From assembly GCF_018977255.1 (NCBI RefSeq), contig NW_024704742.1:84136001-84200000 (forward strand): 64,000 nt of DNA, written 5' to 3'. Source of the stretch: Callorhinchus milii (Eukaryota). Positions 25,951 to 40,880 of the stretch are shown in pieces (position 1 is the stretch's first letter; each line of letters begins with the position of its first letter). The position numbers and the translations under genes were made by a program. The notes under the pieces were generated by a model. The model was not told the DNA's origin, ran no database searches, and worked only from the letters and a program-made list of their open reading frames with translations.

Positions 25951-28900
25951 GGTCCATTGCATACTCTGGGGTCCCCAAGCCTTGGCTCTTGCCAACCTGT
26001 GCCTAATACTCTCTGAAATTAGATAAGCAGGTTGCGACTCTAGAGAATGAGTGCACATTCCATTTCAGTCATGGGAATTTCCATGTATATTTGGCATGTA
26101 TGGAACTCAGTCTAGTTTAGATAATCTTCAGCATGGTGTTGAGTTCCCGCATGTATCAGACACCCGGCTGACCAAACAAAAGTCTGTTTAAGTGAATCAC
26201 TGTTGTTGTGTATATCATGTGTACCAGCAGCTTAGCTCCACATTCAGCAATGCGCAGCCCATTTTTCCTGTATAGAATCTATTTACCTGCCGATTTGACA
26301 ACCTGTTATTTGCAAATTTGCAAATTATTTGCAATTTTGTTTTGCCATGTAACTAACAACTAATTGAAGCCAATTATCTTGCGCATTCTTTCTGTGGTTT
26401 TTAATAATACTGGAAGCAATTCAAACACTGGGATACTATATGCCCTTTGCCTTAAATCTGTCCACTAAGCTCACATAATTATATAATAAATACAGTCAAT
26501 TCACTTTACAGTATATTCAGTGAAGCGCTTTGAGACATCTTGAAGATGTGATGTGGCGATATATCAAATGCAAGGACTATTATTATTATGTTTGTTTTGT
26601 TTCTCAGATCTTCTATGCATCTTTTATATCAAATGCAAGGATTATGCATGACATATCTAGTCTACAGATATCTCAAAATGTGGTTTAACTATTTTCCCCT
26701 TATTAGCTAAGCAGTCCTACTTTCTCCATCCCTTATATCTGCCCACCACGCGCAGTCTTATTAATGGTATTGGAGTCAAGTGTGAGGTATTATTAAAGAA
26801 TGTAAATCATGCCAATTAAGATTCCTTCCAGTTACTCGAACTAGGTCACGAGAACTGGAGAAAATACTACTTGATGCAATCCACTTCCAGAGCAGAATTC
26901 CCAATGGGCAGAATCCCAATGGGAATTCTGACTAGATTTTTTATAAAAGAAGGACAGAGCCTCCAGCAATGCAGCACACCACCCAGCACTGCATTGGAGT
27001 GTCAACTTAGACTCTATGAGTTCCAAGTCCCAATAACCAAATGGAAGCATTATTGTTAACAACTATGAGAAAACAACATCGAAAGTAAGACTCCGAATTT
27101 GGGAATTTCCACAATTCTGTGTGGTCCTACATTTTAAGACAAAATAGTCATACAGCCTAAGACTAAGTGGAAGTTCAGGCCTCTCATATTGTCACCCCTT
27201 ACATATCCCAACACAAAAAAAAATAGAATATAGTGAGAACACTAATTGAAAACATTTGAACCAAAGTCTTATAAAACAAATTGAATTACACCCTGTTGGC
27301 ATTTACCACATTGTACTTTGATCTGTTGTGTACCGTTTATTCTAGGAAAGTTTCTATTTATAGGCAAGTGTTTTTCAGCTGTAAAGTATTAGAAAGTGAC
27401 ATAATGGGAGACATGCAATGAGGATAAATACAGATTAGCTCAGGGTATCTCAGAAACAAAATCAACTGATAAATCAAAATATGTTGCCCTAGTCAAGTTT
27501 TTTTTGTGGTGCAAAAAATGCCACAAATTCTATCAGCCTTTTTATTTTGGTCAGACGGGTGTCTAACACATGCAGAAACCCACCACCATGCTTAACAGTA
27601 TCCAAACCAGAGCTCCATACATCAGATTTATATCAGAATTAACAGTATAAAACAGTAAAATGGGATACAAAAGTAGAGTACAGGGAAAGGGGGTGTGGAA
27701 ATAGGTCAGGGCAGTGGGAGTGAATTACCCTTGTTCTGAAAGCCAACACAAACTTGATGGATGAAATGATCTTCTGCACTGTAAAATTTTATGAGTCTGT
27801 GAAAATTCCTTTGAAAATGCTAATTGAATCTTGAAACTGCAAATTCGAAGGAGTTTGATTTGGCTCTACATAAAAATTAGTGTGGACAGAGTTATATGCA
27901 TTTTAATTCCTTTCTGATACCTGAGATTTAACCAGGTATCAATTACCTCTGTCTGACAGAATGTAAAACAATGTCATGCTCTACTTGGAATTTGTTTTTA
28001 AAAAAATTGAGAGTGTGTCTGGAGCTTCTCAATTTTCAACTGGAGGCTTGGATCAAGGTCAAAAAGATAAGTAAGGAAAACAAGATAAGGAGTGATTAGA
28101 TGACCCAAACCTTGAATGTTTAAAGGCTATAGTCTGTGGGGAGAGGGAAAACTCAGGGAGGTAAGAAATTCTAGTCCCTGGTTTCTGGGAAAGAAAGAGA
28201 TGGGTACTGGACAGGGCTATGGTGGGCTTTGGTTACAACACAGTGACCACACAGGCAGCAACAATTGTAGTAATGCATTTGGTGCTTAGAGGGCAAAGAA
28301 ATTAAAGTTTCAGAGGAAAATTGCCACAGTAACATTGACAAAACAGACAAGAGGAATTAAAAAATAATAATAACCCTTACATTTGGTATAGCACCTTTCG
28401 CTTCAGGAGGACGTCCCAAAGCACTTCACAGGATAGATAGACTGTAAAGTGCAGTGACTATTTTTTGGGTGCATGTGTCAGCCAATTTACACACAGCAAT
28501 GCCCGACTAACAGTCATCAGGTGAATGACAAATTTTGTGAATTGATGTGAAGGAGAGACAGAGGATAGAGGTGGAAGCTGAGGATAGGATTGCTTATCAG
28601 ACAATGAGCCTTTACTTGATTTCCATCCAGGAGTGCAAGGGAGATGCTAGCAATTTCTCCTTAAATATAGAAAGTTGGGCTTTCTATTGAATTAACAGCC
28701 GGTGAGGGGAAAATAAGTGCATTGTACAAAGAGGAAACTGAACTTGCTTTGAAAGACTTTTGATAATGGAGGAGATATTAATATTTTATGATCAGAGGAG
28801 GCTGAGAATGTCAATAGAAGAATTAAAATTAGAATATTATAGGTTAAAAAAGTGCAATACCTGTAACAACTATATTTTAGAGGATTTGAAGTAAACCATA

Positions 28901-30077
28901 TCATTGCCCTATTGAATGAAGGGCATGGAGGAGATCAAGGTTTAGTGATGTAGCCATTAAAAAGGGAAGGTTGTGTGCCCTAGATGTGTGCTGTATCAAG
29001 CAATATAGAGCTAAGAATGCATTCTGAATGGAGGACTGTCAGCTTGGATTGTAAGTTCCAAGGCCCTGAATATATATCCAAGTTAACAGTAAATTCATAG
29101 TGCACTGTTTCGATGGGACTTATCCCAATATGAAAGGCGTTTTTAGCTGGTTAGACTCCAGGGGTATTCCATTGCATATTCTGAGGTCCCCAAGGTTTGG
29201 CTCTTGCCAATCTGCGCCTATTATTCTCCAGAATTAGGTAAGCAGGATGTGTCCCTCCAGGGAGACTGTGCACATTCCATTACAACAACCTGTCTCTGGA
29301 ATTACCATATGTAGAAATAATAATCCTTGCATTTCTATTATAATAATAATAATCCTTGCATTTGATATAGCGCTCTTCACGTCGGGAGGACGTCCCAAAG
29401 CGCTTCACATAACACACTGTAAAGTGAATTGACTGTATATTTTGTGGGCGAAATTCGGCAGCCAATTGCACACAGAAGTGTCCCAGAAACAGTGATAGAT
29501 TGAGTGACCAAATGACTAGATGGGATGCATGGAATTCTCAGTTTGGTTTGGATACTCTTAAGCCTAGTGATGGGTTTCCGCATGTGTCAGACAACCGGAG
29601 TTTTTTTTTAAACACCCCAAAAATTGAGGGAAGTGCTTTTAAATGAAACAAAAAAGAAATACTGTTGCATTTAAGTATGGCTGATTGAGAATATAATCCA
29701 GCTGGACTACCTACAAAATACACAGTTACTATACACATTAAATCCTGACATAAAAGGTGTCATATCAAATGTAAGGACTATTGTTAGTACTTTAAAGATT
29801 ATACTGCAACATGATGCCTCAAAGTGTGTTATAGTAATAACACATCCATCACCTAGCAGTTGCCAGTAGACATTTCGTCCCTGGAAATGTCACGGCTATT
29901 CTGCAACACAAAACTGTCCTTACTTTTAAAAGATCTATTCTGGGCGTGGTTGAGATGGAGGTTTAAAAATTATGTTTATCTTTGGGGATTTACAATAATC
30001 TGACCCAGGATAACATGGCATGACAATACTCTGCCAAATCGGAAGCTTTCATTCCATCCCCGATCATGTAATTTTTT

Positions 30078-30620
30078 TAGTCCTGTAGCTTAGTTGTTGG
30101 AGCACTTGCAAGCAAGAGGACCCGGGTTCGATTCCCAGGCAGGGCGAAACCTTAGACAAGTTTCCGTACTCCACACGCCTGTTTACCTAGCAGTAAGTAG
30201 GAACTCAGTTGTTAGTTGATTGGCGGATCACATTTCTGGGGGTAATAATCTCTTCAAAAAAAATTAATTATAACTCAATGTTTGTGGGATATTGCTCTGC
30301 CCACTTGTCTGCCAGAGGGACATTTCCAGGAGGGAAAAAACCGCACTGCTCCTGGACAAAGGAAGTGAGAAAGAAGAGAGTGACAGAGTCATTTTTATCA
30401 CAAAAAATGCCCCATGTATGATATGTGCTTTACTTATTTAGTTCATTATATTAAATAAATATTTGAAAAAAAATTGCAAAACACTTTTTCATCAAGGCAG
30501 TGACCTAGTCACAAATATACAGTCAATTCACTTTACAGTCTATTCTGTGAAGCGCTTTGGGACGTCCTCCCGACGTGAAAAGCGCTATATCAAATGCAAG
30601 CATTATTATTATTATTATTA
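30078..30620 (+). mobile_element. SINE type A head (30078-30300) and a separate SINE tail (30512-30620)
   Basis: gacccgggttcgattccc head. The tail has an intact stem-loop and (ATT)n. Confidence 0.75.
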
Positions 30621-30689
30621 GTAGGATTTTTAATCATAAGGTGACATGAAGTTTGGATGAAGAAGGCAACCAGTCCATTGTATTCCCTC

Positions 30690-31140
30690 CCTCGCTCCCT
30701 GCCTCTCTTGCTCACTCCCAGTATATCACCAAGCCTATTTCTTCAATTGGCATAATGACCTTAACCCCCTTCCCAGTAACCAGTTCCAGTCATTGATTGC
30801 CCTCTGGTTAGGGTGTGTCCTGAAATTGTTCTTTGCAACTCTGACCCTGTGCCCAATTGTCTTGTTGCTCTGGTGCATTTGGAAGTATTGTTCTGGTTTT
30901 GCTATCTCAATCCCTTTTTAGCATCTTATATAACGCCATAAAGTCTCCTCTAAGACTTCTCTTTTCAAGGTTGAAGAGTCTGAACTTATCAAATCATTTT
31001 TCATAGTTCACAGTTAACATGGTGATGGGGCGGTGGGGGGAGGTGGGCAGTTTTGTTGCTCTTCTCTGTTCATCCTGTAAAGCTCAGGTTTGGTCTCTTG
31101 TGTGACACAGTTTTTACTAGAACATCCCGATATAGTATAA
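30690..31140 (-). mobile_element. Old CR1-type LINE 3' fragment
   Basis: Degenerate ORF2 C-terminal pattern (ctcctctaagacttctcttttcaagg; ctctgaccctgtgcc). A similar remnant lies at ~47630-48200(-). Confidence 0.55.
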
Positions 31141-33011
31141 CTAATGCACCATCCAGCGCAAATAGCTCAAGCACATTTTAGGTGCTGTGCCAGGGTGCAA
31201 TGATCAAAGATCTCACTGCTAAAGCACATAGCAATTCTTTCAATTTCTAATATTACCTTTGGTATTTGTAGAAACCTGCCTGGCCTTGCAATTCTCCATG
31301 CAGTGAATTTCCTGTGTTAGATGTGCCATTGGGGAAACACCAGGGTGAGGAAAGCAGGGGTTTACTTACAGGGAGCAACAAACAAATCAGGTCAGGTCAT
31401 AATCAGGTCAGGTCATTTGGAGATGCTCTGTGCATCTTCGAGAAGCAATTTAAATTTCCCACTTTATGGCTCCCTGTTTTCCCATTTGGCGATCCTTCAG
31501 AGCATTCACTTAAACCCCCGATGACTTAGGGTTAGGGTTAACTGTGCAAGATTTAAGATTTAAGGTGTGCAGAACATGAAGCATGAAACATTGAGTAACT
31601 AAAACCACCCTAAAGGATGGTACTAGTTACAATAATAAACATGAAAGCACCAGGCTCCAAATGACTTGTTTGTGAGGACAAATAATAAAATGTAGTAAAC
31701 ACACTGACAATGAGTTGGTCATTGTAGGACCTCACACTTGAATAAGACCAAATTCTAAAAGTCAGGCGATCAAGAATTAATGTTGCAAAGAAACGGAGTT
31801 AGAAAACTACTTATCGATACACAATAACACCTAGTGCAGCTTTCTATCTCTCACATCACAATCTAGCTTATCTCTCCAAAACTCAATTCAACAAAATTCC
31901 TTTTTTTATTACAGATAGGAAAGAGCAAAAAAAAACACTGAACCATTGGGTTTGGAGAATTCCCCCACTCCACCTGCCACACAATAAACACTTACACATC
32001 TCTCTCGGTTCTGGACCCTCGCTCCCCTCCAAGTGGAGGTGAAAATTATTAATGATAATAATGATAATTATAATCCTTGCATTTGATCTAGTACTTTTCA
32101 TGTCAGTAGGATGTCTCAAAGGGCTTCACGGGAGCTACAGTAAAGTGTAGTGACTGTGTATTTTATAGACAAACGCAGCAGCCCGTTTGCGTACAGCAAT
32201 GTCTGAGAGAAACATCCCCAAAGCATGTTCAATTTGTGGAAAAAACATGTGCCTGGAAAATTCCTCCCTGATTCCTGGCTCTGAAGGAATGAGTACCGAC
32301 CACAAGAGCAAAGGTCAATATCCTCTTTTCCGTACCTCACTGGTTTTGATATCATATGGCAATATGGCTCCCAATCTGGTAATCGTGATCCTCTCTTTCC
32401 TAGGAAATCTCAATAGATTTCTCTTGAAATTAAATTTAAGTGATAGTGACGAGTGTTTGGTAGGCAAGGCATGTATTTCTGTCCACCTGAAGACCCACAT
32501 TACGATAGTCTACAGTAATGATGCATTGTAGGCAGAATGTTATTTTGCATTCTTTCATTTAGCGGTGAACAGGGCACATCAAGAGCAAGGGCTGAGCCCA
32601 CTCTGATTGCAAGAGGCATTACTTTTGCTGATACCTTTTCTGGGTATTATTAGCAAAGAGCAACAGGAAGAATTTCTGTTTAAATGAGAGCAGTTCAAAC
32701 CCTGACTCCAGCCCCTGCATGCTCCCTGAATCAGCAGAGTAGACAGAAAAACAGATGCTACTTCACATAAACACTGGGAACCGCAGCGGCTTTCAAAATA
32801 TCTGGTGTAAATACACTGAATGACTTGAGGAATGTATAGTGCAACACATAGATTCACACTGGCATAGATTCCAAATCTCTGAGGTTCATTAGTTTTTGGG
32901 CAATTATTAGAGATAAACTGTGAGTTTCTTTTGATAATGCTGTACCGTATATCTCTGTTTTTTAGTCACTCACGTCATCCCCAAGGCTTGTGTTAAGAAA
33001 GCAGTAATTAC

Positions 33012-33160
33012 CTAGCAATTTGACAATGTTTGGGTGGTCAAACTCTGCCATTAGGGCTGCTTCTCTCTGGAAGTCTGCCTGCATGTCTGGCGAGGCTTCC
33101 TCTTTCAGCATCTTGACTGCCACCATGGTGTAGGGTTCATAATGCAGAAGCTGAGGAGCC
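33012..33160 (-). CDS. MUSK: MuSK kinase exon ([50 protein letters not shown])
   Basis: Translated by hand. VAVK catalytic lysine, helix C glutamate, HPNIVKLLG. tttcag| acceptor, G|gtaatt donor, 149 nt, phase 2 to 1. Confidence 0.96.
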
Positions 33161-34237
33161 CTGAAAGGAAACCAGAAACATTATTGCAATGGGGGAAATT
33201 CTTCTGCACATTCCTCCAATGGCACTTCAGAAAACCAGGGTGATTAGAGTCAAATCACAATAATGGGGTAAGGTCTGTGGCATTTGATGGCTTTAGCTAA
33301 GGAATTTTAACCATAAGCTTTACCCCATCTATTCCTGACATATGCACTTCTCTTACTGTATATTTCATTGGGAGGTGAATTATTTTTTTGATTTCCTACC
33401 ACCTTATCTTGCCAATAAATATAAAATGCTGCTATTATAAACAAACCCACTGGATGTTTATACAGCAAAGGTCATGCAAAGCTTCTTTTCAGTGGGGAAC
33501 AACCTCCTTCATTGAAGATAGTTAAAATTTATAGCCCTGTTTGACAGGTTGTGGAGAGAAACCTCCCTAGCTCCTGACTGGAGAAATTCCACCTGGTTCT
33601 GAGCTTTTTCCTTGCATTTTAAACCAAAACAAATTTTGGACATTTCCTAAATTTAATCTTAAGTTTGAGCATGGTTTCTGTAGGTTCCTCTTTTAAAGAA
33701 CTATAGAAAATTGGCTTCAAAGTTAAGCCTTGACTTAAGATTTTTTTTACAATATTTGCATGCTCTAAACATGCTAAGAAAAAGTCTTAGGCTAGATTCA
33801 GGTGGAATTTCTTCACCCCTGGAATATACTTATCCAAACTTGTGATGATTGCATTTGGGGAATGCCTGCAACATTCAGGAGAACTGATCAGTATCTCAGG
33901 CTTCAAGATCATGACAAGACCACTACCAGAAGAGGAGTTAGACCCCTGTACTTAAGACGGGAGCACAAGAATTACTCTGGCTGCACTTCTGCATTCTGTA
34001 TCAATCCAAAAAGTCTTCATTTAATTGGCAAGCTGCGGTTGACTTTAAGCATTCTTTCTTCAATTATGGCAAGTCAAAGATTGAGTCACCTCACCATGTT
34101 CAGTTAGCACAGGTTCTCTCCATCTTGTTAGCTGTTTCAAAGGGTTGGCACAGGCATAATGGGCCAAATGACCTCCTTCTGTGCAGTAGGATTTTATAGG
34201 ATTCTATGAAACTTGATGCAACACATCTCTGGCATTG

Positions 34238-34568
34238 TTCTCAGCCTCTCAGCCCCCAGGCTCTGGAACTCCATCCCCAGTGCCTTCGCCTTGCTTCCTC
34301 CCTTTCCTCCTTCAAGGCCGGTCTCAAAACCTTTCTCTTTGACCGTGCCTTCAGCTCCCCTCTCGACTCTCTTCCCCCTCCTCGCTCCCTCCCTTCCCTC
34401 CCCTCACCCTGACCATTTCCCCCCTCCTCGCTCCCTCCCTTCCCTCCCCTCACCCTGACCATTTCCCCCCTGCTCGGGTCATGACCCAACTGTGCAGCGC
34501 CTTGGGACGTCCTCCTGACGTGAAAGGCGCTTTATAAATGGAATCTTGTTGTTGTTGTTGTTGTTGTT
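34238..34568 (+). mobile_element. Young L2 3' end with internal 46-bp tandem duplication and (TTG)n tail
   Basis: Near-identical to the reverse complement of 3928-4200. Confidence 0.88.
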
Positions 34569-36137
34569 CAGCAGCATAATATTGAAGCATTTGGTCTGAA
34601 CCCAAAAAGTGAACTGCAAGTCCTTGTTAATAATATTATGCCTATCTTGACTTAGCTTTGTATATACAAAGGGAGGTTCACGGATATAAACTCTAAGAAA
34701 AGCTTGCATTTCCTTTCTTATTCTGAAGATATGGAGAATGGAGGCATGTAGCTGTCTCCTGTACTTCTGGCCTTTTTTAATAGAGTTCGAATGTAGTATG
34801 ATCTTCATTTGATAAGCTAGGCTGGTTAGAACACAAATCAAGTTATGAGAAGGCTCTTGGCTTCCCTTTGGCACCCCAGTTGCAATAATATCCTTACATT
34901 TGATATAGAGACTTATCATGTTGTCAAAATATCTCTAAACACTCCACTGGATTTTACTGTAAAGTGTAGTGACTTTATTTGTAGGCGAATACAGCAGCTA
35001 GTTTGTGCATGGCAATATCTCACAAACAGCCATGAAGTGAATGCCAAATTTTATCTGGAGGATTGTTGTCCAGTTTAGTCGGAGAAACTTTCTTCTTGTT
35101 TTAAATAATGTCATGGGATCTTAACTTGAACAGACAGACAAGACCTTGGTTTAATGTCTCATCTGAAGGATGCTACTTCTGACAATGTATTGCCCGCCCC
35201 AACATTGCCTTGACTATGAGTTCAATTGCTTTATCAAGATATATCAACCCCTTGGACTTCTGAACAAATTAATTTTATTTGCATTTCCAGGTTTTGCTGC
35301 AAAAAAAAAACATCTGTGACAATTGAAAAGTAATAATACATTAAAATAGATATTACCAATGGTCTATTATTGTTGTCCCATAAAAGACTGAGATCCATTT
35401 GGTCTTTGTAGCTTCCAGCTACAAGACTAATCCTCTTGTATTCCACTGTAAATTTAAATGAATTTCTTGAGGTAAATATTAGACATTAGCCAATTTCCTA
35501 AATTCCTTGTTGAGTGCACATTCATTGGGCACATTGGGCACAACTTCACCCTACACCAATTTCCCCTAACTCTATTCAGACTTTGTAAATGCTCCTTCAT
35601 ACTTCATGATTTGAAATTTGACAAGATATTCTTTCTTTTTACTTTTCTTTTCCAAAATTGTTTTTCTTTGTTTACAGATCAGTGTAGATGGTTTGGCTTG
35701 GCCTCTCTCTATGCCTCCATGTTGAGAGGCATCTAATGTCCTTAGTTTGTTAGTCTTTTTCTAAAACAGAAGCTTGCTCCATCAAGCTTGTTCCATATAT
35801 TCCCCAAACCTTCCTCTTTAAGCAGAGTTTCTCCAAAAGTTCAGCCATACGAAAATACTAGCTCTGTATTCAGTCGCCTTCATTCTGCATAATATTGGCA
35901 GCCTGTCAGTTTCATGTCTAGACAACCTTAGCCAATAATTCAAGAGGTGGTGTTTTACTTTAGAGCTGACTGAGGTCACGTAGTTTGTGCTGTAATACTG
36001 GAGGCAAAGCCTTATGGTATGGAGGGCCAGAACTCTTCATAAAAACATGTTCTGGATTTTCTCAGTTTGGGAGCAAATACTTCACATTTCAGTCTGCACA
36101 AAGTGCTGTGTTTTACTCAGATATACATTCAGATATA

Positions 36138-36990
36138 CTAATTCAAGATCCTCGTCCTCACTTTCAAGGCCATCCATGGACTTGCCCCTCCTACCTCTCT
36201 GACCTGCTGACTCCCTACGTTCAGCGGGCTCCGGTCTGCTCCACGTCTACCGCCCGACCCGCCCTACCATCGGTGGCCGGGCTTTCAGCCTCTTTGCCCC
36301 CACACTCTGGAACTCCATCCCACAGTCCCTTCGCCTCGCTTCCTCCCTTGCCTCTTTCAAGGCCCGCCTCAAGACCCTCCTCTTCGATCGTGCCTTCAGT
36401 TGCCCTCCCATCTCTCTGCTTTCCCTCAGCCCTACCCCACCCATTCCCCATGCTCGGGTCCTGACCCCTTACTGTCCAGCGCTTTGGGACATCCTCCCGA
36501 CATGAAGGGCACTCTATAAATGTAATTTTATTGCTGTTGTACATTTAAAGAAGCTCCTGCTGCTCTTCAGTACTTTCTCCCAAACCTAAGGGCTCCTCTG
36601 ATAGCATTGCAATGTTCTTTTTTATTTCTTAGATATTCATGTGAGTTTTAGGAGTGGGTATGATGGAAAGAATTGACTCCAATCCTGCTTTTCCGCAAAA
36701 AATATATTCTTTTTTGACTGATAATTTTGAGCTGCAAAGTATCATAACCCCATTCTTCGGAACTCCATCACACAGTCCCTCCGCCTCGTCCCCTCCCTTG
36801 CCTCTTTCAAGGCTTTTCTCAAGACCCTCCTCTTCGACTGCACTTTCTGTCACTCTCCTATCCCTATTCTCCTTGCCCTCCACCCCTCCTGATCTCATGC
36901 TCTAACTCAACTCCAAATCTCTGATGTCCAGGGACTTGGGAAATCTTCCCGACGTAAAAGGCACCATACACTTCATGTGTATTGTTGCTA
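36138..36990 (+). mobile_element. Two L2 3' fragments (36138-36540; 36755-36990)
   Basis: attcaagatcctcgtcctcactttcaaggcc, ctctggaactccatcc and stem-loop tails. Confidence 0.8.
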
Positions 36991-39153
36991 TTTTTGTTAT
37001 GTTTAGCATCCAATTTTCATCTGCTACCAATACACTAATAGAGGTTGTTGGGGCAGCCAGGGGAACTCCCTTCTCCTTTTGAATAGAGTGACAAGAGATC
37101 TTTAATGTCCATCTGAACAGGCAGATGTGACTTCAGTTGAATGCCCCACTTCTGCCAATGCTCACCCAGCTAACACTCTGTGTGTGTGGGGCTGGGGAGA
37201 GTGCAGTCTTGTTGCATGCATCTACCCCTCTGCTAGCTATGTGATGGAGGGTCAACTTTAAGTGTGAGTTCAAGTCCCGACCATGAGGCTTGAACCCACA
37301 GCATTCTGAAGCAGAGGCAAGAGTGTAACCAACTGAGCCAAGCTGACGTTCATCATCTGCACAGATGAAGAGCATGCGTGACTCACAAATCCTCCATCCT
37401 GTGTGGATGGAAATAAGTATTACAGAGCCAGGAGGTCAGGAAAAAGCCCTGTCTCACAGCTGAAGATCCAGAACAACTGTTCAACTCTCTTCCATTTTTA
37501 TCTAATCTGCTTCCTGTTGAGGTGTCAGTGAACAAATTGAAATTTCCTAAATCTTGGAGCCAAATCATTCTTTGAGCCAGAGTGACTTCCGGCTTACTTC
37601 GGCAATAACGAGCCAATGGATTGATGAATTCAGGATAAAGTTTAAATTTTATGTTCCTGCATTTTTATTGACCATAATTTATTGTGTACTAGCCCCGCTA
37701 AACTCCGCCAGTTCCCTGCTGCTGGACTGATGTGTGGATTAAGTAAGTAACCAGGTCACCCGAATGACTTAGACAGAAGATGGTGAGAATTAAACATCAC
37801 CACAATGTTTGGAAGGCTAATTACTCTATAGGATTCCTAGCTATTTCTGTTGCATGATTTATAGATGGGGATATGTTAACCTTTCACCCAGTGGTAAATG
37901 CATGTGCTTCATTTGTAGAGTTGCATACTCTCACTGTAATTGAACCTTCTCAGTTCTCCATTGCGATCCCACCGTGACCTGGTGCTTTCCTGTTTCTGTT
38001 TTTGAATCCCATCTTTTATTTCTTTTTGTGAAGGAAGCATCCCAATTTTCTCACCCTCTCTATTCCCTCACCACTATTAACATCAGAACAAACTAACAGC
38101 TCATCATCAATCTCATTCTGCCAACACTAGATCTTGTTTTACCCATAAGAGGACTGTTCCATTCCACTTCTATGGACTCTGTTATACATCCTGCCACTTT
38201 TTTCTCTGATGTCGCTGACCCCTCTGATAAATGGTGTCAGAATTTCATTTATTTTGCTGATATTGTATTTTTAATCTCACTATCCCCAGATGCCAAACTA
38301 TTCATTTTTTTCTCTATGTATAAGAGTGAAGCACTTTTAATTGTGTGAATCATTATCATTTTGAAGTGAAGAGCTTCTTGTTTGTTTCTTTTTAATTTAA
38401 CATTCTTCATATTAAGTGTTAAGTAAGTTTATCTTCCCCATCAAACTTTTGACATCAATAATTCTGGCCTTGTGGGATTCCTCCTGCTTCAACCTATCAT
38501 TAATAACAATTCTGATCTCAAACTATTGTACTCAAGGACTCTCGCTTTAATATTTCTGTCAACTTCTTCAAAGCAGTAATATTCCACCTGATTACGTAAA
38601 ATGACTCTGAACTGTCTGGTTTTCCAAACCACCAACTATTTTTTTCAGCTTCTTCAAGGAAATATCTTTGTTTTATATCATATTTGATATTTTTACAAAG
38701 AAATGTTTTTTTTTGGTCAGCCAGATGTCTGACACATGGGGAAACTTATCACCATGCTTAAGAATATCCAAACCAGATTGAGAATTCTGAATGTGTTTGT
38801 TGCCTACACATGGAAATTTTCCCATGTTTGGAATGGAATATGGACTTTCTCCCTGGAGGATCGCACCCTGTTTACCTAATTCTGGAGAATATTGAGTCAT
38901 GTGTATAAACGGTACCTACACAAAGGGCAATCATTGTTCATCTTAGGTCAACAACTACAACATGGACCAGGCATGGAAGCAAGGAACATTCAAGGATATC
39001 CAACTGTGTTTCACATTAGTCAATGGGTTTCAACTGAGCCATTAGGGGGGTGGGGGTAACTGTGTGTTGTGTTGTTCATTGTGATTATGCATATATATAT
39101 ACATATATATATCTGTATGACATTTCAACAGGCTTAGCAATTTTTTGTCTTGA

Positions 39154-39457
39154 AATAATAATAATAATCCTTGCATTTGATATAGCACTTTTCACGTCTT
39201 CAAGACATCTCAAAGCGCTTCACAGAATATACTGGAAAGTGAATTGACTGTATATTTTGTGGGCGAAACGCAGCAGCCAATTGTGCACAGCAGTCGTGGA
39301 TTGAAGTGACCAATTTTATTATTGTTTTTTTTTCTTGAGGGATTATTATCAGGTGTGTGGAGTAAGGAAACTTGCCCAATGTGTTGCCCTGCCAGGAATC
39401 AAACCCAGGTCTCTCGCTTGCAAGGCGAGTGCTCTAATTCCTGAGCTACAAGACTCC
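39154..39457 (-). mobile_element. SINE type A
   Basis: Same head and tail as 9522-9851. Confidence 0.85.
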
Positions 39458-40309
39458 TATTATTATAAATTAGTATAAACTAAGAATATACATAATGTAG
39501 CGCAAAGTCTGATTTGTTTCCTCAAGCATTTCTAATGTTAAAGGTTACTTTATCTGAACCAAATTACAACGCACTCGATGTGCATGTTAATTTATGTGCA
39601 GATCCATGAAGTAAATCTAATCTTATGTGATGTAAGTGCATTGTCACAATAACACAAGCCAAATGTTGACCTCAGCCAGGGCAGGATGTTGGCGATTGTG
39701 GCTGCTGAAATACCATTAATATTTTATCATTGACCTGCCGATCATTAGTTATGCCATTCTGAATCAGTCCTGGTGGTTTCAGAAAAGACTAATGTTTCTT
39801 GGAAGGTTTAAGTATCTTTTCCTTTTGGTTTATGTTTCCATATGGAACAAGTCAGGAAATGTGAACTTTGGAACTGGTGCAGAATGATACAAACCAGAAG
39901 GCAGAGAGCTAGAATCCCAGCAGAGGACATCGGGATTAGAAGTCTGAACCGCATCGTTATTGGGTTTTCTTCAAATTGTTTTAAGTCAGTACGAATATAA
40001 ATCAACGTAAACTAAGAATACAGATGCATGGTATATGAAGACATGATTTTTTTCTTTATAAAATGAAAACCAGCAGATGGCTGAGGCTCTCTGTAATGTA
40101 TAATTTTATGTCACCGGTGGGCAGTGATTACCAGAACTGTCAGACAGCTGTGGGCAGGCAATTCCGAGCCACTGTGTGGAGTTGGGTTAAGTATCCCAGC
40201 ACAGCACCTCTATATTTGCCCTACACATTTAGAAGTTATTTGCACAATACCTTAGGTGTTAAATGTTTCTAACATCTCCAGGAAACATAAAACAAACACA
40301 TTGTTATTT

Positions 40310-40880
40310 AGGGTTGACAGTTTTTCCCGAGCCAGTGATCACATGTAGTATTCCTCAGGTCCCTATCCTCAGTCCTCTTTACCTCATCTACATGCTCCTC
40401 TTGTTAACATCTGCAGATATGGGGGTTTACTTCCATATGTACACAGATGACATCTAACTCCATTCATCTGCCTCTACCCTCAACCTCAGGACAGCGCTGT
40501 TCTGACAGGCATCAAGACATCAAGTCCTGGATGAGTCTTAACTTTCTCAACTAAATGTCGACCAAAACCGAGACTATCCTGCTCGGCTTTCACCAGTCCT
40601 CACCCCGGCGCTAACCATATCAACTCCCCCCAGCTGTTCACACCAACTCATGGATCTTGGTGTTTTGTTTGACCATGAACTCTCCTTTAAGCCATTTGTT
40701 GGGTGCCTGACCAAATCCCAACCTCAGCCCCAAAGCAGCCCAAACCCAATGTGCTCCACAGCTTTACCCTCCACAGATCATCCAGAAGGCAGAGAGCCTC
40801 TGTAAATCACATTCCGCCTCTGTATATCTTTGAGGTGTTTTTCTATATGTAATGCACTATACAAGTACAAGTTGCTTTGT
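40310..40880 (+). mobile_element. Old L2 RT fragment
   Basis: IPQVPILSP...FHMYTDDI, a degenerate GVPQGS/YADD. Confidence 0.7.

Noticed and set aside
27990..29100. Probable very old LINE remnants (also ~37920-38640)
   Set aside because: Too degenerate to assign family or boundaries by eye.
31526..31540. Telomere-like TTAGGG
   Set aside because: Only two units; not an interstitial telomeric array.
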